In this document: positions 1 to 9,088 of the stretch, piece by piece
How positions within the stretch are numbered: the first letter of the stretch is position 1
Layout of the letters: each line of letters opens with the position of its first letter
Origin: a virus
DNA: 64,000 bases
Strand: one strand, 5' to 3'
Virus record (IMG/VR): IMGVR_UViG_3300030061_002247
Location: 18,878-82,877 of that record
The notes under the pieces: model-generated
Told to the model about the DNA's origin: nothing
Seen by the model: the letters and a program-made list of their open reading frames with translations, nothing else
Databases searched by the model: none
Position numbers and translations under genes: made by a program

Positions 1-705
1 TGACACCAAAGACTCCGTTCTCAGATTACCCTGTGCTGAATCCACGGAGAAGCAACCGCCTAACCCACCTACAGAGCAGTCAAACTGTCTGATACCTGAG
101 TCATAGGCAGCCTTGATGTATTCTGCACTATCTTCATTCACATGTAGATGTATACTCAGATTATCTGTAATCCTTCTTGCCTTCCTACACAAAGATGTAA
201 TGCTTTTGATAGTTGCATTACTATCTGTATCACATAGCACAATACATTTTGATATGTCTTTTCCCCACTTTACACAGTCTAAAACGGCTTTTCTAGATAC
301 ACCCTGACTAAATGCACAACTAATGTACAACCTATTTATTGGTATATCCTTGCATTTATTTTGATATATACTCATTATATTTTGATATGTATTTTTTTGA
401 TTTGATTTATTGAAATCATCATCGGGGCTTATCACAACATTCACACTCTCAAGACCTAGTTCTATCGCTCTATCGAAGCCCTTCTCATTCACAACCAACA
501 GGTCTCCACCTGTCTTCCTGTAGAGTTTACCACTTTCTCTCATTGGTAGTATAGAGGGGTGTACTAGACTACCTACCTCTATGTCCTCTATACCCGCACT
601 CTTCAGTTTCTTGATTAGTTTGATTTTCTTCCTCAGGGGAATGGCTCTTGGTAGACCCTGCAAACCATCTCTAGGACTCACCTCGTACAGGGATATAGCA
701 TTCAT
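1..705 (-). CDS. HMG-CoA lyase-like (DRE-TIM metallolyase), runs off the window edge; absent from the ORF track
   Basis: Manual translation from ATG at 705: MNAISLYEVSPRDGLQ...IEVGSLVHP...LSIHLH...FDCSVGGLGGCFSVDSAQGNLRTE, matching HMG-CoA lyase motifs EVxPRDGLQ, HxH and GLGGC..GN..TE. Confidence 0.85.
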   Translation of the reverse strand, partial: MNAISLYEVSPRDGLQGLPRAIPLRKKIKLIKKLKSAGIEDIEVGSLVHPSILPMRESGKLYRKTGGDLLVVNEKGFDRAIELGLESVNVVISPDDDFNKSNQKNTYQNIMSIYQNKCKDIPINRLYISCAFSQGVSRKAVLDCVKWGKDISKCIVLCDTDSNATIKSITSLCRKARRITDNLSIHLHVNEDSAEYIKAAYDSGIRQFDCSVGGLGGCFSVDSAQGNLRTESLVS

Positions 706-839
706 TCACTATCCCTACTAGACCATACAAAATAGATGAGCAAACTTGTTGTAGCCAGTAAAAGCAAGGGGAATCCTAACGGTATCTCTATTTCCATGTC
801 ATTAACTACGCTGTCTATCACACGTTGGTCAACAATCAT
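702..839 (-). CDS. small single-TM protein (45 aa), not in ORF track
   Basis: MIVDQRVIDSVVNDMEIEIPLGFPLLLLATTSLLIYFVWSSRDSE; stop overlaps the lyase ATG (ATGA). Confidence 0.5.
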   Translation of the reverse strand: MIVDQRVIDSVVNDMEIEIPLGFPLLLLATTSLLIYFVWSSRDSE

Positions 840-974
840 TCTTCATCCCAATCCTCAAAAATCTCATTCATACATCTGATAAACATTGCAGTCTTACTAT
901 ATCTTTTCATATCAATTCACACCTCCACCAATTAAATCTACTACTTGTCTTAACTTTTCTTAAACTCAAATCCA

Positions 975-1331
975 TCAATATCCCAACTCGAACTTACTCG
1001 GTTTCTTCATCTCACGAATCTGCTGTGCTGCGAATCTTATCTTCTGAGTACTGTGTAGATGCCAGAATGAGTCCTTGTCTACCTTGAACTCTTTTTCTAT
1101 TAGTTGACATAATTCGTATCTTGAGGAGGTTTGGAGGTCTTTGTCTATCTTCAGACCGAGTACTTCTTTGACCTCGTCTTCAGTGTATTTTACCCTCTTG
1201 TCTAACCACACATACACTTGCCCCATTACACTCATGAGTTTTCGTGCAAACCATCGCCACAACATACTGGTGTAGATTCTACACCGACAGTAAATTATTG
1301 TTTCGTCTTCCTGTATGCCGAGTCCTGCCAA
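975..1331 (-). CDS. hypothetical protein (true start probably downstream)
   Basis: ORF on the coding strand of this arm; no recognisable motif. Confidence 0.55.
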   Translation of the reverse strand: MAGLGIQEDETIIYCRCRIYTSMLWRWFARKLMSVMGQVYVWLDKRVKYTEDEVKEVLGLKIDKDLQTSSRYELCQLIEKEFKVDKDSFWHLHSTQKIRFAAQQIREMKKPSKFELGY

Positions 1332-1470
1332 AAGTTACCACATTGCTTGCATTGCCAAAGGTTGATTCTTCTCTTTTCACCGTCTTGATAGCGAGCGTTG
1401 AGTCTTCTCGGAATATGCTTGTGACCACAAGCACGACAAGTGACGTTCAGTTTGTCCAGTAGTCTTCCCA

Positions 1471-2976
1471 TTATTCCACAGGTCTCCTACCAACGATATC
1501 ATCTATCCTTAGTAGGGCAGTAGTGACTTCTGTCGCACTAAGCACAGCCTGCTTGATTAGTTTGGTAGGCTCGAACACACCAGCATCCTTCATGTTGGTA
1601 ATACCACCATCAGTTACATTAGGACCATAGTACAGGTTACCGCTCTGTATCTCGTGCCTCATTGCTAGCACCACATCCAATGGGTCGTGTCCTGCGTTCT
1701 CCGCTATGGTAGCAGGAATAATCTCTAGAGCGTCTGCAAAGGCTTCTATGGCCATCTGAGGCCTTCCACCCACACTAGCACCGTGATTCCTCAGATAAGA
1801 GGCCATAGCCACGAACGATGAGCCTCCCCCTGCAACCACCTTCCCGTCTTCCTTGACGAGACTGACTACACCTAGTGCGTCATCGAAACCTCTCTCTACC
1901 TCATCCAGAGTAGACTGGGTAGCCCCTCTCAGGACCAGAGTGGATTGGTCGCTCTCAACAATAGACTCCACGAATATGTACTGTACGTCATTGTGCTTCT
2001 GTCTAGATATCTTGACGAAGGCCGAGGCTTCTAGTTCCTCAGGGGTCTGTGCCACGCTGATGCCCAAGCATCCTCTCAGTGCCTTCATCACACTCTCAGG
2101 TACTCTTCTCACCACACCTATGCCGTTCTTTCTCAAATACGCACATACGTGGTCATGTACACCATCTCTGACGAATACTACACCCTTGCCTTCCATCTTC
2201 ATCACGATGTGCTGTGCACGCTCAAGCAGGTTGTCCCTACCTGACTTCTGAAACTGCGAGTAGTCTGCTGCATTCAGTTGAACCTGTACGTTCTCCTTGC
2301 TCTTCTCCTCCTCAAGCCCTGTGTTGAGCAGAAGGATGTTGGTCTCGTCATCCAAGTCGTAGTCTAGAACGAAGTCCTTACTGACGATGACACCGTTGAA
2401 CAGGTAGGATTCCTCGATGCTGCCACCGGGTAGGCTGACGACTCTAACCTTGTCCACATCACCAGCAGCCATGACTGCATCCACACAGAGAGTGCTTACG
2501 ATATCAGTAGCAGCCTCTACGGTCTTACCAGTGATTGCTGTCTTGGCTATATCGTGTAGAACCTCATTGCCTGTGTTCAGTGACACCTCACTGTTCAGGT
2601 AGTCTATTGCCATTTGTGATGCCTCACGATATCCCCTGCATATCACATTGGGATGCAGTCCCTTCTCGAACAGCATCTCACTATTCGACAGTAGTTGACC
2701 TGCTAGCACCACGGTGCTGGTAGTACCGTCGTAGCAGATGGTCTCCTGTGTCTTTGATATCTCTATCATCATCTTACCACCGGGGTGTGCTACGTCTAAC
2801 TCACGTAGAATGGTAGCACCATCGTTGGTCACTATCACGTTCCCAGCACCGTCTACCATCATCTTGTCCATACCCATTGGTCCTAGGGTAGTACGTACAG
2901 TCTCGACAATAGCCTTGGCTGCCCGTATATTCATCACTTGTGCGTTGTTTGTCTTATCATTATCGGTCATTTCCAA
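1471..2976 (-). CDS. ths: group II chaperonin (thermosome subunit)
   Basis: TTLGPMGMDKM, VTNDGATIL, DGTTS, VAGGGS, FADALEIIP, LLRIDD motifs of Cpn60/TCP-1. Confidence 0.95.
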   Translation of the reverse strand: MEMTDNDKTNNAQVMNIRAAKAIVETVRTTLGPMGMDKMMVDGAGNVIVTNDGATILRELDVAHPGGKMMIEISKTQETICYDGTTSTVVLAGQLLSNSEMLFEKGLHPNVICRGYREASQMAIDYLNSEVSLNTGNEVLHDIAKTAITGKTVEAATDIVSTLCVDAVMAAGDVDKVRVVSLPGGSIEESYLFNGVIVSKDFVLDYDLDDETNILLLNTGLEEEKSKENVQVQLNAADYSQFQKSGRDNLLERAQHIVMKMEGKGVVFVRDGVHDHVCAYLRKNGIGVVRRVPESVMKALRGCLGISVAQTPEELEASAFVKISRQKHNDVQYIFVESIVESDQSTLVLRGATQSTLDEVERGFDDALGVVSLVKEDGKVVAGGGSSFVAMASYLRNHGASVGGRPQMAIEAFADALEIIPATIAENAGHDPLDVVLAMRHEIQSGNLYYGPNVTDGGITNMKDAGVFEPTKLIKQAVLSATEVTTALLRIDDIVGRRPVE

Positions 2977-3584
2977 TTCACCTCTATCTCTATCTCTTTT
3001 CCTGTATCCAAGGAAAGTGACTTTACTACACCATACTCAGTGCCATACTTGTACAACTCGTATGTTAGTTGTGCATCTTTCAAGCAGTACTCCGCTACCT
3101 GATTGTAATTACCCAAAGCCCATTGCTCAGGTGCATCTATACTCTGCATTATCTTACCCTCTTTCAGAGTACATTTTGAAAGTACATCTAATGATGTGAC
3201 TATTCTATCTGATAATATCTTAGATGCTTTTGAAACTAGGTTCTTGGTATCTATTATTGTATCTGAACTCTTGGCCATAACATCACCAGCAGCCCAGCAG
3301 TCTAGCGAATCTCTAATTACAGGTAGGTCGAAACCAATTATGTTGTGACCTAGTACTTTACCACCTTTCTCTATATGTTCCGATATATGATTACCTATAT
3401 CTGATGCATGTAATGGGAGTACATTCACGTTTTCTAATTGTATATTTTTATTACTAAACAAAGTACCTTGAGTACCATCCCAAGTTGCAATCACACTTGT
3501 CTTGAATAGGTTCTTGTTGTCCCATCCACCAATGTCCCAAGAGTAGTTCTCGGTTTCTATATCTAGAGAAAGTATGTCACTCAT
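2967..3584 (-). CDS. DEDD 3'-5' exonuclease (DnaQ/RNase_H_2-like)
   Basis: ExoI LDIET, ExoII GHNIIGFDLPVI, ExoIII YCLKD. Confidence 0.85.
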   Translation of the reverse strand: MSDILSLDIETENYSWDIGGWDNKNLFKTSVIATWDGTQGTLFSNKNIQLENVNVLPLHASDIGNHISEHIEKGGKVLGHNIIGFDLPVIRDSLDCWAAGDVMAKSSDTIIDTKNLVSKASKILSDRIVTSLDVLSKCTLKEGKIMQSIDAPEQWALGNYNQVAEYCLKDAQLTYELYKYGTEYGVVKSLSLDTGKEIEIEVNWK

Positions 3585-4977
3585 CGTTTGCGCCCTCTTT
3601 CATTCGGAGATACACTACCTTGTTCTCCTTTACGGTGTCGAACATGTCTTTGGCATACTTACCAAAGTGATTCCAACCAGTGCCTCTGGTGACCGAGTTG
3701 AGTTTCATGTAAGTCTGTATCACGTTGTTCTTCCTGTGCCATCCTGCTCCTCTGGAGTCATCGAAGTCTACAGCATCTGTGTTCTGATACGCTATAGCGA
3801 ATCTCTTCTTGTATTCTGATACCTCTGTCTTCTTGTAACCGACCTCGACCTCATCCTCTAGCCATAGAATCAGATTCTTCGTTAAGTCGTATAGGATGTC
3901 CTTAGCCATGTCAACATGCTCACCCGTAACTTCCCATGATTCATCTAGCATTGCCATGTGTGTCGCAAAGATGACTGTGTAGTTCTCAACAGCAGGCATG
4001 AATGAAGCCACCACGTCACCGATACCCGGTCCTAGACCGTCTAGTAGAGAGTAGTAGTCCTCTATGGAGTCATACGCAGCAGCGTAGAAGTCATCTCCTG
4101 CTGTGAACATCTGATGCATGTGAGACTGTAGCAGTTCCTCTTGGTCGTACCTGTTCATGGTATCCCAGTCTGAGAAAGATGTCTCACTGATGTTGAGTAG
4201 TCTGTCTCTCACTCTCTTGGTCAGCCCCTTGAAGTAGTCCACTATGTCATCGTGCTCGACAGACAACTTGGGTATCTTCTTGAATGCCATTTCCATCCTT
4301 TTCATACTCACGCCCATCCTCTTGTCGGTATCCCAGTCTGCCCAGTACAGCAGAACCCTCTGGAAGATACCCTTGGTCAGAACGTACTCCTTGACACCCT
4401 TCGGTGGGAAGGTGGTAATCCACATAGACACCAGAGACTCGGTTTCTATCCTGCCTGCCTTGGTGTGTTTCACGAGTATGTTGTTGTTGCTGCCTACGGG
4501 GTTGCAGGCAGACTGTAGATACAACACGGTCTCCTGACTGTGCTTGTTGGGGTTGAGAATGATTGAACCCTCATCGAAGTTGAGTGCTTTACGCCCATCT
4601 AACAGTCCCTCTTTGAGATGCTTTACAGTTTCACCGTCAACAATCTCCTCTTCCCAACCACCTATGAGTGCAGCGTCAGTCCCTGTGGTGTACATCTCAG
4701 TAGGTATCTCTGCCTCTCTACAGATGTCACCTATGAACTCCCAAGACACAGACTTCCCAGACCTGCTTGGTTGAATCCAGAACACGTGCACACGTGGGTC
4801 TAGGTGTGACGAACCCCAAGGTATCCTCACGAACGGTACAGCAACCTGCCCTTGTAGAAAGAAGAAGGAAAGCATTCCGGGTATATCGTTCTCCATTGAT
4901 GTCTGCCTGAAGTGTTCCAAGTACCCCTTGAACAGAGGGAACTTCTGCACTGCCTGATACTCTGAGTAGTGACGCAT
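3577..4977 (-). CDS. MCM-like AAA+ ATPase, putative replicative helicase lacking the MCM N-terminal domain
   Basis: Walker A-like QPSRSGKS, Walker B LNFDEG, Arg finger GIFQR, MCM-like VTGEHVDMA helix; lies in the replication block. Confidence 0.65.
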   Translation of the reverse strand: MRHYSEYQAVQKFPLFKGYLEHFRQTSMENDIPGMLSFFFLQGQVAVPFVRIPWGSSHLDPRVHVFWIQPSRSGKSVSWEFIGDICREAEIPTEMYTTGTDAALIGGWEEEIVDGETVKHLKEGLLDGRKALNFDEGSIILNPNKHSQETVLYLQSACNPVGSNNNILVKHTKAGRIETESLVSMWITTFPPKGVKEYVLTKGIFQRVLLYWADWDTDKRMGVSMKRMEMAFKKIPKLSVEHDDIVDYFKGLTKRVRDRLLNISETSFSDWDTMNRYDQEELLQSHMHQMFTAGDDFYAAAYDSIEDYYSLLDGLGPGIGDVVASFMPAVENYTVIFATHMAMLDESWEVTGEHVDMAKDILYDLTKNLILWLEDEVEVGYKKTEVSEYKKRFAIAYQNTDAVDFDDSRGAGWHRKNNVIQTYMKLNSVTRGTGWNHFGKYAKDMFDTVKENKVVYLRMKEGANDE

Positions 4978-5038
4978 GAGTGACCCCAGATGGGGTCAGT
5001 ACTTAATACATACTATGTATATACAAGACAGTCGTACA

Positions 5039-5743
5039 TTAGACACGTCTTTTCACCTTTCTCTCTACTACCATCTTCTCCTCGGATGTCAGAGCCTGCA
5101 CTATTCTACCACGCAGTACATCACCTAGACCCTTTATTTTCTTCAGAGATTCAGGGAAGCACATCTCCTCTATGCTTCCGCACTGCTCTAGAATCCTGTC
5201 AGCCATGTCCTTGCCTATACCGGGTATTGCCAATAGCATGTCGGCTCTGATGTCGTTTGATGCCACTCTTCTTATTGTCCTAGCACCATGACTGGATGCT
5301 GGTTTGTGCAACTTATTGTGGAGTTTGGTGATGAAAAGAGCAGCCTCACTTACGTTGGGTGTGTAGAACACCTGACAATCAAAGTCACTCATGATGCGTG
5401 CTATAGTACCAGTCAACTCATTCTGTATTCTAGTGTATGTGACCTTCTTACCAGTCTTCTTGGCTATAGCCACGTACTTGTCTATCCCACCGTGTATCAC
5501 TAGGAAGAATCGTGGGTAGTTGATGTCCATGTTTTCCAGTTGTCTCCATAGATGACCACTGTGACTAGATAGGAAGAGGTCATTGATACTCTTGGCCTCA
5601 ACACAAGCCTCACCTAGTAGATAGTCTCCCACCACTAGCGGTTTTCTTATCACAGACAAACCAGCCTTCTCAGCCTTGCGTAGCACTGAATCGCACAACA
5701 CTCCACGTTCGTTGCTGTCCACAATCATAGCAGGTCTTCTCAT
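5039..5743 (-). CDS. ERCC4/XPF-family structure-specific nuclease with HhH domain
   Basis: IVDSNE, VGDY, VEAKSINDL (ERKxxxD variant), HhH IPGIG and IKGLG. Confidence 0.9.
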   Translation of the reverse strand: MRRPAMIVDSNERGVLCDSVLRKAEKAGLSVIRKPLVVGDYLLGEACVEAKSINDLFLSSHSGHLWRQLENMDINYPRFFLVIHGGIDKYVAIAKKTGKKVTYTRIQNELTGTIARIMSDFDCQVFYTPNVSEAALFITKLHNKLHKPASSHGARTIRRVASNDIRADMLLAIPGIGKDMADRILEQCGSIEEMCFPESLKKIKGLGDVLRGRIVQALTSEEKMVVERKVKRRV

Positions 5744-5958
5744 TCTCTTTCCCTCCTAGCATGTATCTTACACAGTTTCTTAGATGTACCTGTTATTCTG
5801 AAACAACACCGAGTGCCTGTCTTTGTGATAGCATGACACCTATACTCATTTGGTGGATGTGTGAAACAATGCTGACACAGGTTGGTGAAGGTTTTTCTAT
5901 TACCATTCCTACTAGGTAGTTTCTTCTCACACTCCTTACATATTCTTTTGGTATTCAT
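5740..5958 (-). CDS. small Cys/His zinc-finger protein
   Basis: CxxC, CxxC and C...C...CxxH clusters; stop/start overlaps with neighbours. Confidence 0.6.
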   Translation of the reverse strand: MNTKRICKECEKKLPSRNGNRKTFTNLCQHCFTHPPNEYRCHAITKTGTRCCFRITGTSKKLCKIHARRERE

Positions 5959-7065
5959 TCAATCATCCTCCGCTGTCCCATCATAGTATCTACATCTTCC
6001 AGTGCAGATACCGTCGTGTATTAACGTGCGACAGGTGGCTGGAATATATCCGTTGTTACCTCCACTGCCTATCACTATACTCTTTACTTGATGTCTAGTG
6101 ACTGATGGATTGAAGTCAACCCATTCTTGAGCCTCTATGATATTAACAATCTGATTGATGTGAGTTTGCTTCTCCTCCAATGAGGGATACTCAGGTGGGA
6201 AGAACCATCTCAGTCTACCCGCTAGATATGATGCGAAGTGAACCCTAGCCTTGTGTGTGGGGTTACCACCACCCATCGCTGATTGTGCTAGGCATGGTAG
6301 GATAATCATATTGTCAATTGCTAGTTCCGGTAGGTCGATGTTCTTGTACTCCTTCCCCTTGAACTTCTTGCCTCTCTTTCTGATTTGCAGTTTGATAGTA
6401 TCAGTGCCATGCTTGATGAAGCCAGAGCGTGACTCCTGTGACATCTCTATGAGGTCATCATGGTTGCAAGTCATCACCTCATGAGATGTGAGTGGTATTG
6501 TCCAGCAGCCTCTTCTACTGTTGTAGGAGTTAGGTATCCTAATCATACCAGCAGTATCGAAGGCGACAGTAGGGTCGTTGCAGTACAGGTCTAACTTCTT
6601 GTGCCAGTCAGAGAGGAGGACTCTCCCTGCTTCCTTGACCATGGCCACGTCGTACCCTGTGGAGGGTGTGTGGGTTTTGCTAAGTGGTATCCAGAAATGA
6701 AAACCACCACCACTAAACCAAATATAGTGGATTTTGTTGCTGCTTTTTAAATAAGTGTGGAGGTCACGCACTTGCTTTTGCATCTCATCAAACGGTACAT
6801 CCTCTCCTTTCTTCCTGAAGTTCTTGCAATCAAAGTCACATACGAAGTGTCTGATGATTGGTGTGTTGTAATCAACTCTGTGGTTTCGAGGTGGGGTCAG
6901 GCTTCTGTATCCATACGCAGTGAAGTATACATTACCACTCCCGTTCTTTCCTCTCCAATAACTCTCAAGTTCATCGGAGTTCTTCACGAGTCTCCTGAAA
7001 CCCTTGTTTCCATCAGAGTTCAATTCAAGAACTTCTCTTGGGAAGTCCAGTGTGATGAAACTCAT
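5959..7065 (-). CDS. archaeo-eukaryotic primase, PriS catalytic domain fused to a PriL-like Fe-S C-terminal domain
   Basis: DFD, FSGGGFH, RIPNSYN motifs; C-terminal LPCL..HKAR..CRTL..C...C. Confidence 0.85.
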   Translation of the reverse strand: MSFITLDFPREVLELNSDGNKGFRRLVKNSDELESYWRGKNGSGNVYFTAYGYRSLTPPRNHRVDYNTPIIRHFVCDFDCKNFRKKGEDVPFDEMQKQVRDLHTYLKSSNKIHYIWFSGGGFHFWIPLSKTHTPSTGYDVAMVKEAGRVLLSDWHKKLDLYCNDPTVAFDTAGMIRIPNSYNSRRGCWTIPLTSHEVMTCNHDDLIEMSQESRSGFIKHGTDTIKLQIRKRGKKFKGKEYKNIDLPELAIDNMIILPCLAQSAMGGGNPTHKARVHFASYLAGRLRWFFPPEYPSLEEKQTHINQIVNIIEAQEWVDFNPSVTRHQVKSIVIGSGGNNGYIPATCRTLIHDGICTGRCRYYDGTAEDD

Positions 7066-7066
7066 C

Positions 7067-7420
7067 CTAATCCTTCTGCCTTAGGTGTTCCATCTTCACT
7101 TCAATATCATCAATCAAATGTCCAACAATCCTCCCAATGTCGGGATTGTTCAGTAGGGTTCTATTGATTGCTATATCTAGATAATCATACTTCTCATCTT
7201 CAGGGGGTTGAATCCCTATGTCACCATACTCATGTAGTGTAGTCTGTCTGCTTAATGATATAGTATAATTATCTCTACCTATCATTTTCACATTCACATT
7301 CACATTCACGTATGGTACTAATCTAGATATTACCCCTGTCAAGACTTTCTCTAGCATTCTCTGGCAGTTTCTCCTCTCTTCGTTATCTTCTCTGTTCATT
7401 CTAACTCCTCCAATGTCCAC
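7067..7420 (-). CDS. hypothetical protein
   Basis: ORF packed in the replication operon; likely start MNREDN overlapping the upstream stop. Confidence 0.55.
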   Translation of the reverse strand: MDIGGVRMNREDNEERRNCQRMLEKVLTGVISRLVPYVNVNVNVKMIGRDNYTISLSRQTTLHEYGDIGIQPPEDEKYDYLDIAINRTLLNNPDIGRIVGHLIDDIEVKMEHLRQKD

Positions 7421-8373
7421 GCAGGGCAGATATCAAGAAAATCGCACCAAGAGCACTTAAACTCGTTTCTGCTTGCGGGGAATGACTTATCCAAGTGGGC
7501 CTTGACTAACTTCTTCAGCCTTCGCTCCACTACTGCTGGGGTATTTCTGGCACTTCTGTCATTGACAGACTGGTAATCCCAGTGCTTACCATCGCCTTGA
7601 TTGATGTCTCCTCCGGGGAACTCCCATCCCCAATGTGTGATGGGGAGGAACTCACCATGTGGGCTGTTCTCTAGCATCATCTTGTAGAACTGCATCTCTG
7701 CTCTCATGTCAGATGACTTCCTAGTCTTCCACTTGCCGGTCTTCAACTCCATCAGAGCGAAACCCCCTTCTCCATCCTCGAATATCCTGTCGATGAAACC
7801 ACGCATGTGTATAGGAATACTCACGGTTTCCCCATCATCTGTCTTTACTTCCACGACTCTTGACCCATGTACCTCTGCCTCATTACCAGCAGGAAACCAA
7901 TTCTCTCCGTCACAGGCTAGCAGTCTATTGAATTGCCAATCGACCCAAGCGATAATCTGCTCAGGCTCACCATACTGATACGGTTCAGGCGGTGTAGGTA
8001 TGACAGAGTGCATCAAGTCCCTAGCCTTCTCTGTCTCTCCCTTACCTAAGAGTTCCATGACATCATCATAGTATTCGTACATCTTCTCAAAGAAGTACTC
8101 GGTGAAGTCGTGTACGTTGTTTCCTCTAACGTGATGGTCCTTCTCTTCCGTGGGTAGTTTCATTATGTTCTGGAACTCATACTGCTTTGCACAGAAACCG
8201 AACGTACCTAGACTGCTCTTAGTCACTCTAAGTATTTGCTCCACACCATCAACCACCATACCGGGTTGCCAAGCATATGTACTCTTACTGTATGACTCAA
8301 GTAGGTCTTCAAAGGGATAGTCGTCCCTCTCAGTCCTGTCTACCTTTATGTCCTCATTGGGATTGTACCTCAT
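7396..8373 (-). CDS. Cas4/RecB-like PD-(D/E)XK nuclease with Fe-S cysteines
   Basis: FCAKQY, GFIDRI, MELKTGK, QxxxY (QFY), C-terminal CSWCDFLDIC; start moved to MRYNP (8373). Confidence 0.85.
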   Translation of the reverse strand: MRYNPNEDIKVDRTERDDYPFEDLLESYSKSTYAWQPGMVVDGVEQILRVTKSSLGTFGFCAKQYEFQNIMKLPTEEKDHHVRGNNVHDFTEYFFEKMYEYYDDVMELLGKGETEKARDLMHSVIPTPPEPYQYGEPEQIIAWVDWQFNRLLACDGENWFPAGNEAEVHGSRVVEVKTDDGETVSIPIHMRGFIDRIFEDGEGGFALMELKTGKWKTRKSSDMRAEMQFYKMMLENSPHGEFLPITHWGWEFPGGDINQGDGKHWDYQSVNDRSARNTPAVVERRLKKLVKAHLDKSFPASRNEFKCSWCDFLDICPAWTLEELE

Positions 8374-8498
8374 TCTCCACACCCCTCGCATCTAAATTGT
8401 GAGAATGGTCTTTGACAGTTGGGACACATAGGTGTACCTTTCACCATGTGTGTGCTAGTGAGTCCCTGCCACCCGCAGTTGCATTTCGATATCATCAT
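8370..8498 (-). CDS. small zinc-ribbon peptide (42 aa), not in ORF track
   Basis: MMISKCNCGW...CPNCQ...CEGCGE; ATGA overlaps on both sides. Confidence 0.55.
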   Translation of the reverse strand: MMISKCNCGWQGLTSTHMVKGTPMCPNCQRPFSQFRCEGCGE

Positions 8499-8623
8499 AT
8501 CCACCCGAATAGTTTCGCTAACACTAGCACTGAGAGTACGGTGTTCAAAGTAGCCGCTATCGTTCGATAGAGAGCCAACTCACCAAAGTGTTTCTGACTC
8601 CATTTCTCTACTTCATCACTCAT
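8495..8623 (-). CDS. small membrane peptide (42 aa), not in ORF track
   Basis: MSDEVEKWSQKHFGELALYRTIAATLNTVLSVLVLAKLFGWI; coupled to neighbours. Confidence 0.5.
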   Translation of the reverse strand: MSDEVEKWSQKHFGELALYRTIAATLNTVLSVLVLAKLFGWI

Positions 8624-8997
8624 CACTCTTCCTCCTGTGAAATATACTCAACTGATGCATTACATGAAGAACAATGCAAATGTGTCACTATACCTTCTTC
8701 ATCCATCAGGTCTTCTTTATCATAGTCTGCCTGCCAGATTAGTTTACCACCGCACCACCAACAGACATCTCTTCTAGGATACTGGTTTCTCTCTATGATT
8801 TTTTGTAAGTAGACACTCAAATCCATGGCCTCTTCCTGTGCGTGAGTCAACCACTCCAACGTGGTGAGAGGAGCGGTCTCCATAGTCACCCCATACTTCT
8901 CCTTGCCTACCGCTGCTCTTCCTTGTATCTTCTCGCAAACCTCATCTTCTATTCTACTCATTTGTATTTCATCTCCCTTATTTCTTTTTGATACCAT
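8623..8997 (-). CDS. conserved phage helical domain (MazG/nucleotide-pyrophosphatase-like) fused to a zinc ribbon
   Basis: GKEKYG...EWLTHAQEEAMDLSVYL followed by CWWC...CSSC. Confidence 0.5.
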   Translation of the reverse strand: MVSKRNKGDEIQMSRIEDEVCEKIQGRAAVGKEKYGVTMETAPLTTLEWLTHAQEEAMDLSVYLQKIIERNQYPRRDVCWWCGGKLIWQADYDKEDLMDEEGIVTHLHCSSCNASVEYISQEEE

Positions 8998-9088
8998 TTC
9001 TTTGCACAGTAGTCACAGAGTCCAAGTGTCTTGCCAAATGTACCCTCCATCTTTTCACCACACTTTGAACAATACTCATACTCAGCCA

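Noticed and set aside
7396-8373. Cas4-like gene as part of a CRISPR-Cas system
   Set aside because: No cas1/cas2 or repeat-spacer array seen; stand-alone Cas4-like nucleases are common in archaeal virus replication modules
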